Shown in pieces: positions 37,909 to 50,708 of a stretch of 64,000 bases of DNA. The stretch comes from Coniocarpon cinnabarinum (taxonomy: Eukaryota): positions 186,001 through 250,000 of the forward strand of contig JAVECO010000001.1 in assembly GCA_051942205.1 (NCBI GenBank). The letters are read 5' to 3'. Position numbers and translations under genes: made by a program. The notes beneath the pieces are model-generated. The model was not told where the DNA came from. It saw nothing but the letters and a program-made list of their open reading frames with translations, and ran no database searches. Positions within the stretch are counted from its first letter, which is position 1. Every line of letters starts with the position of its first letter.

Positions 37909-38842
37909 TCACCATCCTTTCTCCATCGGAGCGGCCAAGAAGGTCATTGACTCATCGCTCCACCTCGCTTCGACTTCTCTTGCGATTTGTTCCACCATCT
38001 TTACGGCACCTGTAATCTCAGCGCCGGTATTGCCTAGGTTGTGGCTGCCATACATGTGCCTATTCCATTCGTCAGTAACCCTCAGGCGCCCGGCGCGGTG
38101 TCCTCTAAAGCAAAGAAAGCAATATTGATGACTCACCCTTTGGTCTGCCCCGCCGCTCCAAGACACAAGCAGCACACAAATTCCAACAATCCCGTCTCTT
38201 TCTCACTGAGTATGCTCGTTTCAGCCACAAGATCGCCATATATGCAGTTGATGGCGAACTCGCCTAGGTCGCCGCCTGACGAGTCGTTCAGGTTTTGTAA
38301 GACGCGGTCCGTGTGCTGTGCGTAGATCTTGGAGAAGAAAGCTTTGCCCCTGGCTTGACGTTCCGATAACGAGACAGGTGCGCGCAACGACTTGTCGTGT
38401 GAAAGATGTTGCTGTAGATGAGGTGCGTGCTCGGCGAGTGCTGACCTCAGCACAGAAAGCCCGTGGATAGACTGAAGGCTGCATTAGCTTTCTATTCGTG
38501 TCATTCTTCTTCCTGTAACAGGTGCCGCCAACATAGGATGAGATGGGACGAGGCGAGAAGCATCCAAAGTGTAGCATTTCGCAGATGAATGAAACATACT
38601 CTTGGGAAGCCCACCAGCGGGCTTGCTTTTAGGCAGCCCTCTCTGAGCTTTCTCAGCGCCTTGATTTGCTCGTCTTCACTATCTGGTATCTGCCTCAAGA
38701 CCTCCTTTGTCAAGTCTGCAATCATCGGTTCATGACCAAAGCCGAGTATTGCAACGCCGGCGATGGCGACCCATCCATACGTTGTTATGTAGGCGCTTGA
38801 GGTGGGGAAATGGGAAGGCAGTATCGAAGTTTTGAGGGACAT
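37909..38842 (-). CDS. AhpD-like/carboxymuconolactone decarboxylase-fold protein (3 exons)
   Basis: LREGCLKASPLVGFPR|SIHGL, RGKAFFSKIYAQHTDRV, INCIYGDL..LSEKETGLLEFVCC..QTKG|HMYGSHNLG. Confidence 0.75.
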
Positions 38843-39448
38843 GATGAATGAGAGAATTGGAAATCAAACCCTGACCGGAGGCAATGGGGCGATGTATGAA
38901 GGAGTATGCGCTGAGCTTACAAAGGTTGACTTTGATGGGGAGCAAATATTCTAAGTTTTAAGCGTCAAGTTGCAACACTTGACGATGACTGTGCATCTTG
39001 CCGCAAGCTTACGCCACTTAATGTGTGTTTTCTGGTTGAACGCAGCGACGTTTAATTATACAAGGGGTTTTTAAGCTACCGTCACATGTTGAGGCTTGAG
39101 TGTACGTCATCCGAGATACGCCGAACTTCTTTCTTCCCGATAGCGCTCAATGAAGGGCTCTTGCAATACCTGTAGATTTGCTGAAAGATCAATGCAATTA
39201 AATAAAAATAGTCATAACAAAATAGTAGTCGCATGTCAAATGGCCTGAGGGAACTTAGGCTCAGACAAATGAGTTACTCAAAATCTTACCACGAGCGTTG
39301 GGTGGCCGCAGTCACTTTCATACGGCATATTGCTAGTAGACATTGTTCACTACTTCGCTTCGCACTGTGCTGCATGTATTGAGGTAATCGAGTCGAACAT
39401 CTCAGAGACAGCCTTCATGCGCAACCTGTAGAAATAGCTCACAGTGCG

Positions 39449-40419
39449 TTAAGAGCTGTTGGACGCACGCCTTCTTCTCCGTGGACTCCTCGAGTACGAC
39501 TTTGACCTTCTACGGTGATAGGGTGAAGATCGCCGCCGCGGTGAACGGTTTCTGTGCGAGCGTGATCTCTGGTTATGATACCGTGGTGAGTACGTGTCAA
39601 GCATATCGTTAGATCCGCGCTGTCGTTCATCAGCATACTCTCGACGACGTGGTGGCGAACGGGATCGAGAATAGTGGCGAGGCTTCCTCCTGTAACCATC
39701 TGATGCTCCCTCTCGATCACGGTCACGATCACGGTCTCGCTCTCGCTCTCGCTCATGTTCAGGCTCACGCTCACGATTCCTCTCTCTGCGGCGGCTGTCG
39801 TCACGATGACGATGAGCTCGTTCGCGCTGGCGAATCTCACCGACCCGACGCTCGCGATCGTCTAGTTCACGCTCATTGTGCTGGGAGGCTTCAGCGGCCC
39901 TCTTCTTTTGTTCCTGCACACGTTTAGTTAGACTCAGGGATGGCATTGAGAAAGGATCTTGCCTCTTCTTTCTGAATCTCAAGCATTTTGGCTTTGAGAA
40001 GCTCCTGGGGCACACCCTGCTCATTTTCCTGAGCACTGAGACAGAGGTTCCACAGCTCCTTGCAAAAGGTTGTCGCGTCCTTCTCAAGAAAGCCTGTCAA
40101 ATATCCTTCAATTTCCCTAATGTTAGGCTTCGAAAGTGTCAGTGACTACCTTAGGGGGTCAGCTAAGCTAGGATCGGTGCACACTCACAAAACGTGACTG
40201 ATCTAGTAAATTATGACACCAGCCGACCGTAACATCGTCGTCCTCGGGTAGTAGCTGATTCAACCGATTCGTGATCCATCTAAGCTCGAAAACTTAGTCA
40301 AGTCACGCAATAAGCCTGAGTGGACTATACCCCTTAATGACCGGCAGATTCACTTTCGTCAAATCGACTTTCTGTTTGAACTCGGGCGGGAGATTCTTTC
40401 GACTCGTTTTGGAAGCCAT
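39449..40419 (-). CDS. PWI-domain, RS/RE-rich splicing factor (SRRM1/SRm160-like); 4 exons, last intron GC-AG
   Basis: PPEFKQKVDLTKVNLPVIKG|WITNRL..EDDDV..|PNIREIEGYLTGFLEKDATTFCKELWNLCLSAQENEQGVPQELL, then an Arg/Ser/Asp-rich tail (SRSRSP). Confidence 0.87.
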
Positions 40420-40902
40420 GATATGAACGCAGGTATGTGCCACCCAAATCTAGCTGACGGGGACGTGTCTTCGTGTTCGTAGCGACTTTACAAGCGTGAG
40501 CTCGATTACAGTTTGCCTTGCCTATCTTCCGGATGGGAATTTGTGACCCTTACGATTCTCGCGCGACGCGAAAGCCTGACATCTTGACCAGGACGGGATG
40601 TTTCCGTCTCCCTGGTGAGTCCTGTTTGCGATGGCTAGCTAGCTTTTGCGCTTTGGTTGATAGAAATGCAGGGATCGCGAAGTGCCGGAATAAAAGAGGG
40701 AGAGAAAGAAGAGGAGGAACAGAATCTCTCACTAGTAAGTATCCCTTCTTGGCAACAATCACGTGACCTTTTATCTATATTTGCGTATTCTGGGGGCAAG
40801 ACGCGGTAGTCCTAGTAGCAGAGGAGAGTGAAGTTCTCCACAGAGTAGAATATTTTCATGCTGACTAACAATCAACATACGTTCTGATTCACACGGTGTT
40901 TC

Positions 40903-42101
40903 TCAGTAACCTCTCTTCCTGTTTACCTCGTTGATCAACTTCTCCCCCTTCTCCCTCCTCTCTATATTCAGACTCAGAATTTCAAAGCAACGCTCTGTGT
41001 ACCTCGTGGTTAGCCCGCTTATATGTGGCGTGATCGTTACTCCATCCAAGTCCCAGAGCTCGCTTTCGCTTGGCAGTGGCTCGGGGCTCGTGACATCCAG
41101 CGCTGCGCCTCTCAACCAACCCTTTCCTCCCTTTTCAGGCTTCTTGACTGCCTCAATCAACGCGTCTTGGTCAATGATGTCACCACGACTGATGTTGCTA
41201 ATGAAAGCATTACGCTTCGAGAGAATCTTGAACTCCTCGTGACCGAGGAGATGCTTCGTCGCTGGTGTAAGAGGCACGGAGACGACCACCCAGTCAAGAT
41301 CCGCGGCAAGGAACCTGTGGAGCGATGCCTTGTCTGTTCCACTATACCACTCACTAGGATAGCTCCCGTCGGGATCCCCAGTACCTGGGACGATGAATCC
41401 GTCGTCTCGTCGGCTTTCAGGCGTGGTCTTGGGCGACGCTGTGTATGCTATGACGGTCATGCCCATATTGACAGCAACTCTCGCAGTCTGCCGTCCAATG
41501 GCTCCGTAGCCGAGAACCCCCACGCGCTGACTAACTTGATCTTGGTAGTTTGAGAATGACTTATCATGATAGGCCGTTTTAGCCCAGACGTGATCTCGCT
41601 GTGCATCATGCAGGGCATCGTAATTGCGCGCCGCTGCGAGTCTAGTCATAATGAGCCATTCACTAATTTGTGGACCATGAACGCCGTTCGCAGATGTGAG
41701 CGGAATACTGGTGTGCGTGTAGATGGGATGATTGACGGCAAAGTTGACGCCTGCGCTGTAAAAGTGGACATATTTCAAATTTGGTGCGTCTACATGTGGG
41801 TTCGGTGGCAAAGCTTGAGAGCGGTAACCTGCATGTCAGCATAAGAATATTTCAGTTCTGCAGGTTTTACGAGACATCCCGGAAAAGGGGCATTCAGTGG
41901 ACCCGGACATTTGCACGTACCGAAAAGCGTAAAGAGGATGGTGGCAGGTTTGTAGAGCTCCACTGGTATTCCATCGGCGCCCGCTTGTGCATAGACAACC
42001 TCGACACCTGGAAAGCGTGCTTTGAGCTTTTCAATCTCAGTTGTCGGCTCATTGACAGGCAGTGCCACAAGTATGTGTTCCTTGTAAGGTCCACCGCCCA
42101 T
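40903..42101 (-). CDS. D-isomer-specific 2-hydroxyacid dehydrogenase, NAD-binding (one intron)
   Basis: MGGGP start, HFYSAGVN, TSANGVHGPQISEW, GVLGYGAIGRQ, SVPLTPATKHL, NISRG, AALDVTSPEPLP, ITPHISG. Confidence 0.92.
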
Positions 42102-42748
42102 GTTTCGTGAAATCACTCCTCTAGGCGCACTTTTTTCAATACGCTCAGCAGTCAGTACAGGCCAGCTCTGCAGCAGGGTCAAGTCTCTATCGTCTTGTTT
42201 GCGTTCCTAAAGCACAGGTCTCACCGCGCGTTCTACAATCTAACATCAGAAAATCTAGGTCAAGTAACACGCTTATCTGGAATGAGATCATTTCGCGACG
42301 GCAGGATTTGGATTAGCTCGCTTTAAGTGGTTCACCTGCAGCTAGCAGCACCTTTTCAGTCACAGACATCACAAAGTCGGTGTAATGGCGAAATGGACAC
42401 CGAGGCGGTCACTAGTGAGGCCAAGCACAGAAGGAACAGCAAATAATGACATCGCAGCGTATTCGTGATCATCATCATCGTATATTGTCTAGATATATAC
42501 TAATATAACTAAGCACCTCTTCAGTCGCCGGGCCCGATCCTACGTAATATGGGTATCTGTAAGGAACGTGGTATGTGTGACATCCGGGTCTGGTACTGTG
42601 ACATGACAACAACAGTCGCACGTATAGATGACCGTACTTGTTCACGCCAATTACCCCACTTTGAATCCAGTAAATATTTTCGAGTCTGTCGCGGATATAC
42701 GAGAAGCTTTCAATGAATTAAGAAATTTGCAGGTCGCAACCTGGGCGG

Positions 42749-43591
42749 CTATATCCAGGCGACCGTCTCGGCAGGATGAAAGCCGGTTTGAATGGGCGTG
42801 TCTGGGTACGGATTACCCAGCCCGATGTCAGCGCAGTAAACCGACACGTCAAACTTGGCAAGTCCCAGCCTGCGCATGTAAGAAGTGTCGTCTTCCTCAA
42901 GACTGGGAACAGCCATGAACTGCTCCTGCAAAGCCTCGGTGAGTCTCTGTAGCTCTGGTGTGAAGGGTCCCAGAGGTGTACGACCAGGAGGGGAGCGTGG
43001 CGATAAAGTTGAAGCTGGGGTGACCAGCTTGGGAAGCGGCTGAGCTGCTTCGTTGCCGATCATAGCGGTGCTTGTGCGTTCATCGATCGTGGACGGTGGT
43101 GACAGCGTTGGGGCAGTGAAAGGCTGAGTCACGATTGCAGGCTCGATGATTGAACTAGTCGCAAGATTTCCGCTCATGCTGCTATTTGCTCTGAGGGAGC
43201 GCTTCCTGGCCAGACGCTCGTGCTCGCGCTTGTTATGAGAGGGTACACGTTGAGGTATCGGTGGCGCTGGCGAGATTGGCGATGTCAGGTTCGCCTTAGT
43301 TGGACTCGGGAAATACGCTGTCAGATGGTTTGGTTCAAGCGTTGGCGAAGAGCCCGCAGACGAGCCGTCGGTCAGATCGGGTTCGTGGCCTGAACTGGGT
43401 GGAGATGAGGAGGTGTTGGTATCTATAGACACACGCCCGGCCATCATGCGCTGCGCGGTCTGCAAATCCATCATCTCATTGATGTGAAGATTGGTGGAAG
43501 ATTGGATGACCGGGGTGGAAATCTTGGGAGTTGGGCGTCGCATCTCGGCGATGGAGGAGGCGCGGTTCAGTCGCCTCATTGAGAGAGGCAT
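42749..43591 (-). CDS. Hypothetical Ser/Pro-rich, largely disordered protein
   Basis: 280-aa ATG-initiated ORF with the block PPIPQRVPSHNKREHERLARKRS and C-terminal YMRRLGLAKFDVSVYC; long pyrimidine-rich upstream leader. Confidence 0.65.
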   Translation of the reverse strand: MPLSMRRLNRASSIAEMRRPTPKISTPVIQSSTNLHINEMMDLQTAQRMMAGRVSIDTNTSSSPPSSGHEPDLTDGSSAGSSPTLEPNHLTAYFPSPTKANLTSPISPAPPIPQRVPSHNKREHERLARKRSLRANSSMSGNLATSSIIEPAIVTQPFTAPTLSPPSTIDERTSTAMIGNEAAQPLPKLVTPASTLSPRSPPGRTPLGPFTPELQRLTEALQEQFMAVPSLEEDDTSYMRRLGLAKFDVSVYCADIGLGNPYPDTPIQTGFHPAETVAWI

Positions 43592-44955
43592 CTTAGGGAC
43601 AGCTTGGCGACGAGAGCAGATGCACTGTGCTCAGCCAATAGAGAGAGTCGGAGATGGTGGGGCGCGATCGGGTCTGAACGAGGTATTCTTCTCGTCAAGA
43701 AAAGCAATATCCCGGAGGAGAATGTGTGTCCACAGCCCGCTGGATCTTTCTTCTAGAGCTTCAAAGCCCCGGATGATGAGCGAATGAATAACAGCAGCGA
43801 CAAGTCGCGCGTGAAGCCGGCGAAGGCGAAAAGGAGTGAAACTGTTTGATGCGTCGAGGTGGCAAGGATATGCGCCGACGGTGAGACCCGAGCACGACCG
43901 TCAGAGAGCAGAAAGAGCGAAGGCGAGGGGCGCGACCTCTGCAGTTGATGAGAAAGGAAAGACGAAAGCTGTCCAAAAAGAAAGAAAGAGCGACGAGGAA
44001 GGGCGACGGCGGCGGCGACGGGAGAGAAGAGGAAAGCGAACAGGTGCGAAGTATCAGATGGGTGGGATGGGAAAAGGTAAAAGTCAGACTGGCGGAGTGC
44101 GGGCGTGCGCGGATGAGATTTTTCGGGCCCATAAGGCTGACGCTCGCGCGCTTTGCTGGATCTGGGCACGCTAGGCTGCTCTCGAGCAAGCGTGACCACA
44201 TATCTTGACCAATCGAACTAAAAGCCGAGCGGGCCTCATGGTCCATGCGCTCTCTTGAAACCGTGACCGAGATCCCATCACCTGTGGGCCGGCTTTTCAC
44301 CCTCGCTCTTGCGACCTTGCCCGCCAAGCGCGACGAACCCGACAGTGATAGTCTAAGCGCCTCTATCGACAGCGTCTGCGAGCGTCCACGATGCTGCGAT
44401 GGGACTACTCTGGAGCCGACAGCATCGGAGGTCATGCGGTCTCTTGGGCGCCTCCCAGTGTCACCGGTCGCGTCCATCTCGCCCAGCGCAACTTGACCCT
44501 CGGGCGCGTGAGCCTCACCTGGGGCACCAACACACGCATCGGGGATCGCTGTCACTATCCTAGCAAATTTGTGCCCCGAGGATCAGGAGCCTTCTGCTGC
44601 GCGAGTAATCCTCTGCTCGTCACATCGCCCTTCTAGGCCTTGCCGATCTGATGTCTGCGCGCTCAACACGGTTTCACCTCCCTGTCTACGGCCCTCTGGA
44701 TCAGAGCAGAGCCGCACCCAGCCAAATAACGACATGTGGCCTCCCAGATGGCCCCCGCCGTGCCCGCGTGGGCGTCTGGGAAGAATGGCCCATACACGGG
44801 CTGGCCCCGCGGGGTCTCCTTAATACGGGTGTCGCGTGTCTTACTGAGCAACACAAAGCCCTGCTGGAATGGTCGCAGACCACAGTGGATTTCATCATTT
44901 TGCTATTAATCAATGTCTATCTAGATCGAGCCAGGCGCGAGTTCGTTGCAGCCTT

Positions 44956-46116
44956 TTATTGGCACTCATAGTAGGTTGCGTATTCGCTGTTGCCGTCCAG
45001 CACGTCCACAAAATTCTGAGCAATAATTCTATCTGTCTGCTCAGACGGGTGCAACGCATCGTACCACTGGTAAGAGTCCGGCGACGGGTCGTCGGTGCAG
45101 TTCTGTCTCTGCAGATTACAGTGATGTGAATAACCCCTCACTTGCGGGGGTGCTGTACCATTGAGATAGGCTGAGGGATTGTTGTGGATGTCAAGAAGCT
45201 ATTTCCGTCAGTTTCTGAAACACGCCATCTCGATCTCGATTATACGTACCAGCTGATTGACATCGTACAGAGCTACTTTGGCACCGGGGTAGCGATTGTT
45301 GAGGAGCACCTCGACTGGGGTCTTGTAATCGAACACGGTATTCAAGGTGGTTGTAAATTCGGTCATGCGCTCGGAAATGTCCGTGAGGTTGTCCGGTCTG
45401 TCGTTCCAGTATTCTGAAGGTGCCTCGCCTCCTTCGCTGGCATTGGCATACAAAGCAGTCAGCTGCAAGGGCGCGACGTTGAAGAGCACGAAATAACGAG
45501 CGCCAGAAGCGTAGACACGATCCATCTGCGTATACACACAATCCACGTAGTCCGTGAGGGTGTTGCCAGGTAGTTGCGCGTCTTGAAGAAAAGCACTGAC
45601 GCCAATGTCGTTGGTGCCAATGAAGAATGCGTAGACAGCATTGTCGTTCGACAGCGCAGGGTCAAAGTATGGGCCGCCCGTGTCAACGTTGACGTCCTGT
45701 GCCTTGTCTGCGAGGAAAGCGGGCACTTCGTAGCCGTCAATGTCTGGGAAATTGCCGACATCTTGACTGAAGAATCGAGGTGTGATCTGGTTCGAGCAGA
45801 CCGCACCACTGACGGCATAATCGTACAGCGTCAGCGCCTCATTCGTGTATTGCACTACGTAACGTGCCCAGATGCGTCCTCCATCCGATGCATCGAAAGA
45901 CTCAGGGAGTAATGTGCCTGTTGGAGGAGCAGAACCATTGTGGCTTGAGAAATAGCCTAGTCTGCTTTCATCGCTGTAGCTATCGCCAAACACAATGAAG
46001 TTCTTGAACTGGTCGACTGTCCATGCTTTGTCGGTGCCATTTGTCCGTGCCTGGAGCCAAGGCGCAGCTTGCACCGTGCTGGCTAGGAGTAGCAAAGCAG
46101 GAGTGACACCGATCAT
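44956..46116 (-). CDS. Secreted GDSL/SGNH acetylesterase (carbohydrate esterase family 16-like); intron 45249-45199
   Basis: Signal peptide MIGVTPALLLLASTVQA, FGDSYSDESR, YAVSGAVCSN, IGTNDIG, WYDALHPSEQ. Confidence 0.92.
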
Positions 46117-47164
46117 CGCGAAGCTCCAGTAGTTCAATTGATTTAGAGAGGCTGGGAGGCTTGGCTGATGTGATACAAGCAGTCATTAGCCATTTTATAG
46201 AGCATCGCCATGCTTCTGTGGGCATTGAACCCCGCATATCCATTCCGCCGTGACCGCAATAGTATTGACGGGCGCAATGGCTTGCAAAATGAGGATATGA
46301 CGGCATAAGAAGCGAAATTTGGCAGGAGTCGGCTGAAGAGCTGCCGATACTAGTGAGGTCATTTTCGAATGAAATGGTTCACAGATGCACTTGAGAAGTA
46401 CCGAATGCCCACCCAGCAGATCCATGTTTACGAAAGGATTTGATTTGTCCGTGAGAGTTACCAGAGCTTTACGTCGGTGTTCGGCAGGGGCTAGCTTCCT
46501 AAAGGGGATACTGACGTCCCGCATTACCTTCTTATTCACACTAAGTGCTCAACCTCAAGCAGGGGTTGCAATGAAGGCTTGAGCTGTCAAATCAGCGGCT
46601 TGAGAAGGTCAGGTTGCCGAAGAAGTCTTGCTTTCTGGCTTTCCATCGAAGAAGTGCGTTGCAACGGAACTCTGTGCTCAGCAAACGCAACAGTGATCAT
46701 GCTGAAGCCTTCAATTCGTATAACACAGAATGTTACAAACCACTTCCAGATCAGTTGTTTGAGCATTTGAAGTTGCTGCATCGTTTCAGTTGGTGGCTGC
46801 GATTCGAGAGTACTGCTGGCTGCTTCACTGAAATGGTATCACGACTAGGGGAGCTGTCAAGGTATGACGTTCTCTGGCAGGGTGTTGCCTGGGACGACGG
46901 GTACTGTAAACAAATGGTTCGTCCGACCTCCGACCAAATAGAGTGGAATATTACCAACTCAATATTTTTATATGACTTCTTGTGAAAGCATTCCATATTG
47001 GCCTCGAACACATCTTGGGACAGCTTCATTAACCTCCGTAGGGCCTAGGATGCTCATCGCCCAGTAGGCGTGGGTAGTTCTCAAAGTAGATCTACCATTC
47101 ACGAACACTGAACGCCAGCTTGTTTGGTGCAGATCGCTATCACAATCTAATCAACAAGCTCGAA

Positions 47165-48784
47165 ATGGCGCAGCAACCGCAATCCACCGCCACGACGACC
47201 AAAAAAGAGTCTGTATGTTCTCACAAAATCGATGCCATCCCAGCTCTCATCCGTGATCCACTCTCACGCCAGTACCTCCCAAGTGCCCCTCAACCTCTCG
47301 GGCAAGGTGGCTTCGCCTCCGTCTTCCGTGCCAAAATTATCGACCGCCGCCTTCCTGCTGAGGCCGCTGAGTGCGCCCTCAAAGTGGTGCGCTCTCACAC
47401 CCTTACGCACACCTCTAAACAGCTCCGCTCCCGCTTCAGATATGAATTGGCGATACATAACAAGCTCAGACACCCAAACATCGTACAGTTCTTTCGGGCC
47501 TTCAAATTTGCTGATTTGACATATGTGTCGCTCGAGCTATGCGAGAACGGCAGCTTGACGGACGTCATGAAGAAGCGAAAGTACTTGACGATGCCTGAGA
47601 TACGTCGATACATGATCCAACTCTGTGGTGCGGTTGATTATCTACACGCACGCGAGATTGTGCATCGGGATGTGAAAGCCGGAAATGTCTTTCTCGACGC
47701 AAACATGGATGTCAAACTCGGAGACTTTGGGCTAGCTGCAGTACTCGAGCCTAGCGCTGACGATGCAGGCCTCTTCAACCGGCGCACAACATTTTGTGGG
47801 ACTCCCAATTACCTTGCACCAGAGCTGTTGTCACGACACAAGGGCCATGCCGCTGGCGTTGACATCTGGGCGCTGGGCGTCTTGCTATTCTATCTTGCGG
47901 TAGGGGCTGCACCATTCCATTCGAAGAGCAAAGAAGAGATCTACAAACGTGTCATGGCGCAAAAGTATACTTGGCCGGTGACTCCCGAAGGATTCGAGGA
48001 TAACGAGATCCCGCAAGAGATGAAAGAGCTGGTAATGCGGATACTTGTCGAGGAGGAGCAACGGCCGAGCTGTCGTGAGATCGTCGAGGACCCGTTCTTC
48101 TCTGAAGGATACATACCCGAGCGCATTGATCCGCTGGCGAGGACTCGCCGGCCAAGATGGGCACGAGGCATGCATGCCGCGGCGAAATTGCAAGCGGAGG
48201 GACAAAGCGACAACGAGACGTACAATAGACTTGTTTCGTCCAGCTTCGTGAAAGAGGGTATGAACAAGCGAGGACGCATCACGAGCGTTCTGGTGGAGGC
48301 GGAGCGAGAAGTCACAGAAGGCGTCGTCCTCGAGATCCCACTCCAAGACAACTTCGTGTACCAGAGATGGACAGGCGGTGCACGCGCTAAGAGAAAGCGT
48401 GCAGTGGAGCGCGAGCCAACAATCCACGAGGATTCGAGCGAAGCGCGTTCGACCTCAAGGCCGAGGACTGCGGAAGAGCTTTCCGTCCCAAAGGCACGAG
48501 CAGAGCCTGCTAAAACATCAGCAGAGGCAAGACCTGCGACTGTGAGGGCGAAGACAGAGCCAACAACTGTCAAAGCGAGGGCAGCGGCTATCAATGCGAC
48601 TGCCAGTGCGCCGCCGCGTCGACCAGTGGAGGGTGAATTGACGATGCCAAAGCGGCGAACTGTCAGAGAGAAGACAGACCGAAGCTTGAGAGTACTGGTC
48701 GAGACCACGGGCAACGCAGCCAAGCGCAGCGTGCGTGTAGCGTCGAGGGAAAAGAAGAAGTTGCCATGGGATGTGGAGGCTTAA
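47165..48784 (+). CDS. Polo-like (Cdc5/Plk-type) Ser/Thr kinase lacking a recognisable polo-box domain; intronless
   Basis: LGQGGFA, ALKVV, ELAIHNKLRHPNIVQFFRAF, LELCENGSL..KKRKYLTMPEIRR, HRDVKAGNVFLD, GDFGLAA, RRTTFCGTPNYLAPE, VDIWALG. Confidence 0.88.
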   Translation: MAQQPQSTATTTKKESVCSHKIDAIPALIRDPLSRQYLPSAPQPLGQGGFASVFRAKIIDRRLPAEAAECALKVVRSHTLTHTSKQLRSRFRYELAIHNKLRHPNIVQFFRAFKFADLTYVSLELCENGSLTDVMKKRKYLTMPEIRRYMIQLCGAVDYLHAREIVHRDVKAGNVFLDANMDVKLGDFGLAAVLEPSADDAGLFNRRTTFCGTPNYLAPELLSRHKGHAAGVDIWALGVLLFYLAVGAAPFHSKSKEEIYKRVMAQKYTWPVTPEGFEDNEIPQEMKELVMRILVEEEQRPSCREIVEDPFFSEGYIPERIDPLARTRRPRWARGMHAAAKLQAEGQSDNETYNRLVSSSFVKEGMNKRGRITSVLVEAEREVTEGVVLEIPLQDNFVYQRWTGGARAKRKRAVEREPTIHEDSSEARSTSRPRTAEELSVPKARAEPAKTSAEARPATVRAKTEPTTVKARAAAINATASAPPRRPVEGELTMPKRRTVREKTDRSLRVLVETTGNAAKRSVRVASREKKKLPWDVEA

Positions 48785-48890
48785 TCATATCAGTGCTGGT
48801 CAGCATAGCGTGGCGTCTATGGGCATTTCTATGACTTGAACGCTCGTTTGGATGAGGGTATTCTTCCAGTTCCTATGCATGAAATGATTC

Positions 48891-50396
48891 TCACACTGAG
48901 CCTTGGGTATCACTTGTCAACGCGTTCACTCTGCCCTCCAGCTCACCAACCAATTTCTCCATTACCCCTCGATTCTCCTTTCCTCTCGTCTCTGTCTCCT
49001 CCAACCGCCTCTCCAACCCCTCCAATGTACCCCTCCACCGCTCTATCTCCCCGCCCATCTCACTCTGCCGCTTTTCAACCTCATCTAGACTCCCCGCCGC
49101 CCCCGCCGCATCCGCATGCAACACGTGTAACGTCCGTAATCTTTCCAACATGCTCGGCACGAGCGGCGCCAGCGCCTCGATCGTGGGTAATTGCTCGCTA
49201 ATCTTCCGGATCTGCACTGCGTTTTCTGTTTCTTCACCCGCGAGCAGTGTCTGTGCTATAGAGTCGAGCGACGCCGAAGCTGCCGCCTCCGCGGACGGGT
49301 CGTCATTGCTTGTGATGGCGCGTGATGAAGGTCGCGCACTGGTGTTGTACAGCGAGCTGGGCCGTGAAAGCGGTCGCGAAAATGATACACTGCTTCCTTG
49401 ACGGGCGTGGCTGCGAAGATCCGTCTTCGCCGCTTGCGCGTTTTTGCGAGCTGCTGTGAGGGCGTCTGCGGAGGCTTTGAGACTTTCGAGTTGGCTTGCG
49501 AGGGATGTCAGGGTGGTCGCGTTGCTGGATGAAAGGACCGTCATTTGCCGGTCGAGCGACGAGAGATGGGGCAGGAGTGGCTTTGCGGGTTTGCTGGAGG
49601 GAAGCGAGAAGTGCGATAGTCCGAGGTGGGATTCAAGGCTGTTGAGGCGGGATTCGAGATCCGCGGCTTGGGAGAGGGCGCGAGTGACGGCGGCGGGATC
49701 AGGGAGGGGTTGATTCAGAATGGCATCGGTCTTATCTTGATGCTTTTGCGGAGAAGTCGCTTGCGAAGTTGTAGTGCGGTCTGGAGGGCCATGTTGTGCT
49801 GTCGTTGATCTATCCTCATCCACACCCTTCAACGCCATGACAAGTCGATCCACCAAATAAGCATCGTGCGCACCGCCCTTTTTATCGCCTTCCACTCTGA
49901 CCTCCTCGACTTCTCTTCTCAGCCTTGCCAGCTTCTCTTCGAACGTCTCCTCCACGTCCAGTTCCCCATCCTTGACGGCCCCAAACCCTTCAAACTCCTC
50001 TTTTCGCTTCCGTCGACTCGTTTTGTAGCTCGTACGATTTGCAAGATTGCCTGAGAAGTCAACGCCATTTGCGTTCACTTGTGCGGCAGAAAATAAGGAG
50101 CGTGCCTCGGTGGCGTGTGTGGTTGACCGGTCGATAGCGCCTTCTTGGTCAGAGGGGAGGTCATGGAAGGTCGAGGAGTGTGAGGAGGATGGGGACGACG
50201 AGCGCGATTCCTGGTGACTATGAGTATGGAATGTTTCCAGAAGAAAGTTCGGACCCTCTCACGTCATCTTCTTCTCGCGTTTCGTACACATCTGGCGCGG
50301 AGTCCTGCAGAAAATGAGCAAGGTTATGGTCGGTTCATATGGTGTAAGGCCTCTTACAAGGTCGGGCAGCGCTGCGTACTTGCGAGCCTGAGCCAT
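48891..50396 (-). CDS. DCTN2: Dynactin subunit 2 (dynamitin/p50); 3 exons
   Basis: MAQARKYAALPDL|DSAPDVYET, NGVDFSGNL, ETFEEKLARLRREVEEV, LESRLNSLESHLG, LPTIEALAPLVPSMLERLRTLHVLHADA. Confidence 0.87.
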
Positions 50397-50708
50397 AGCA
50401 GACGGCTGGTTCGAGGTCGAGGTATTACGACCGCTCCGTCAGACTTTAGTTTTACTTTGGTATTAGTTTGTAACCGCACCTCCAAAGCCCAATGGCATAT
50501 TGCGGAGCGGCGTACATCGAAATCCTTGATTTTCAGGCAACTTCAATCTTGATATTGACCTTCGAACGCTAAGATCTACCCCTATAACAGCATGTCGATT
50601 TTGAATCATAAGGTCGACGTCAACATGGCATTCGGGCTGCTGTGTGAGGGCGTGATTGTTCGCTGAAGACTGGGTTAAAGCCTCAGGGAAAAACTAGTGC
50701 TGCCAGGC

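Noticed and set aside
43761..44555. 264-aa minus-strand ORF
   Set aside because: Non-ATG start and Arg/Ser-rich composition typical of GC-rich promoter or leader DNA upstream of the 43591 gene.
46195..47029. Several 60-120 aa ORFs between the esterase and the kinase
   Set aside because: No motif, consistent frame or splice model; cannot be supported as a gene or pseudogene.
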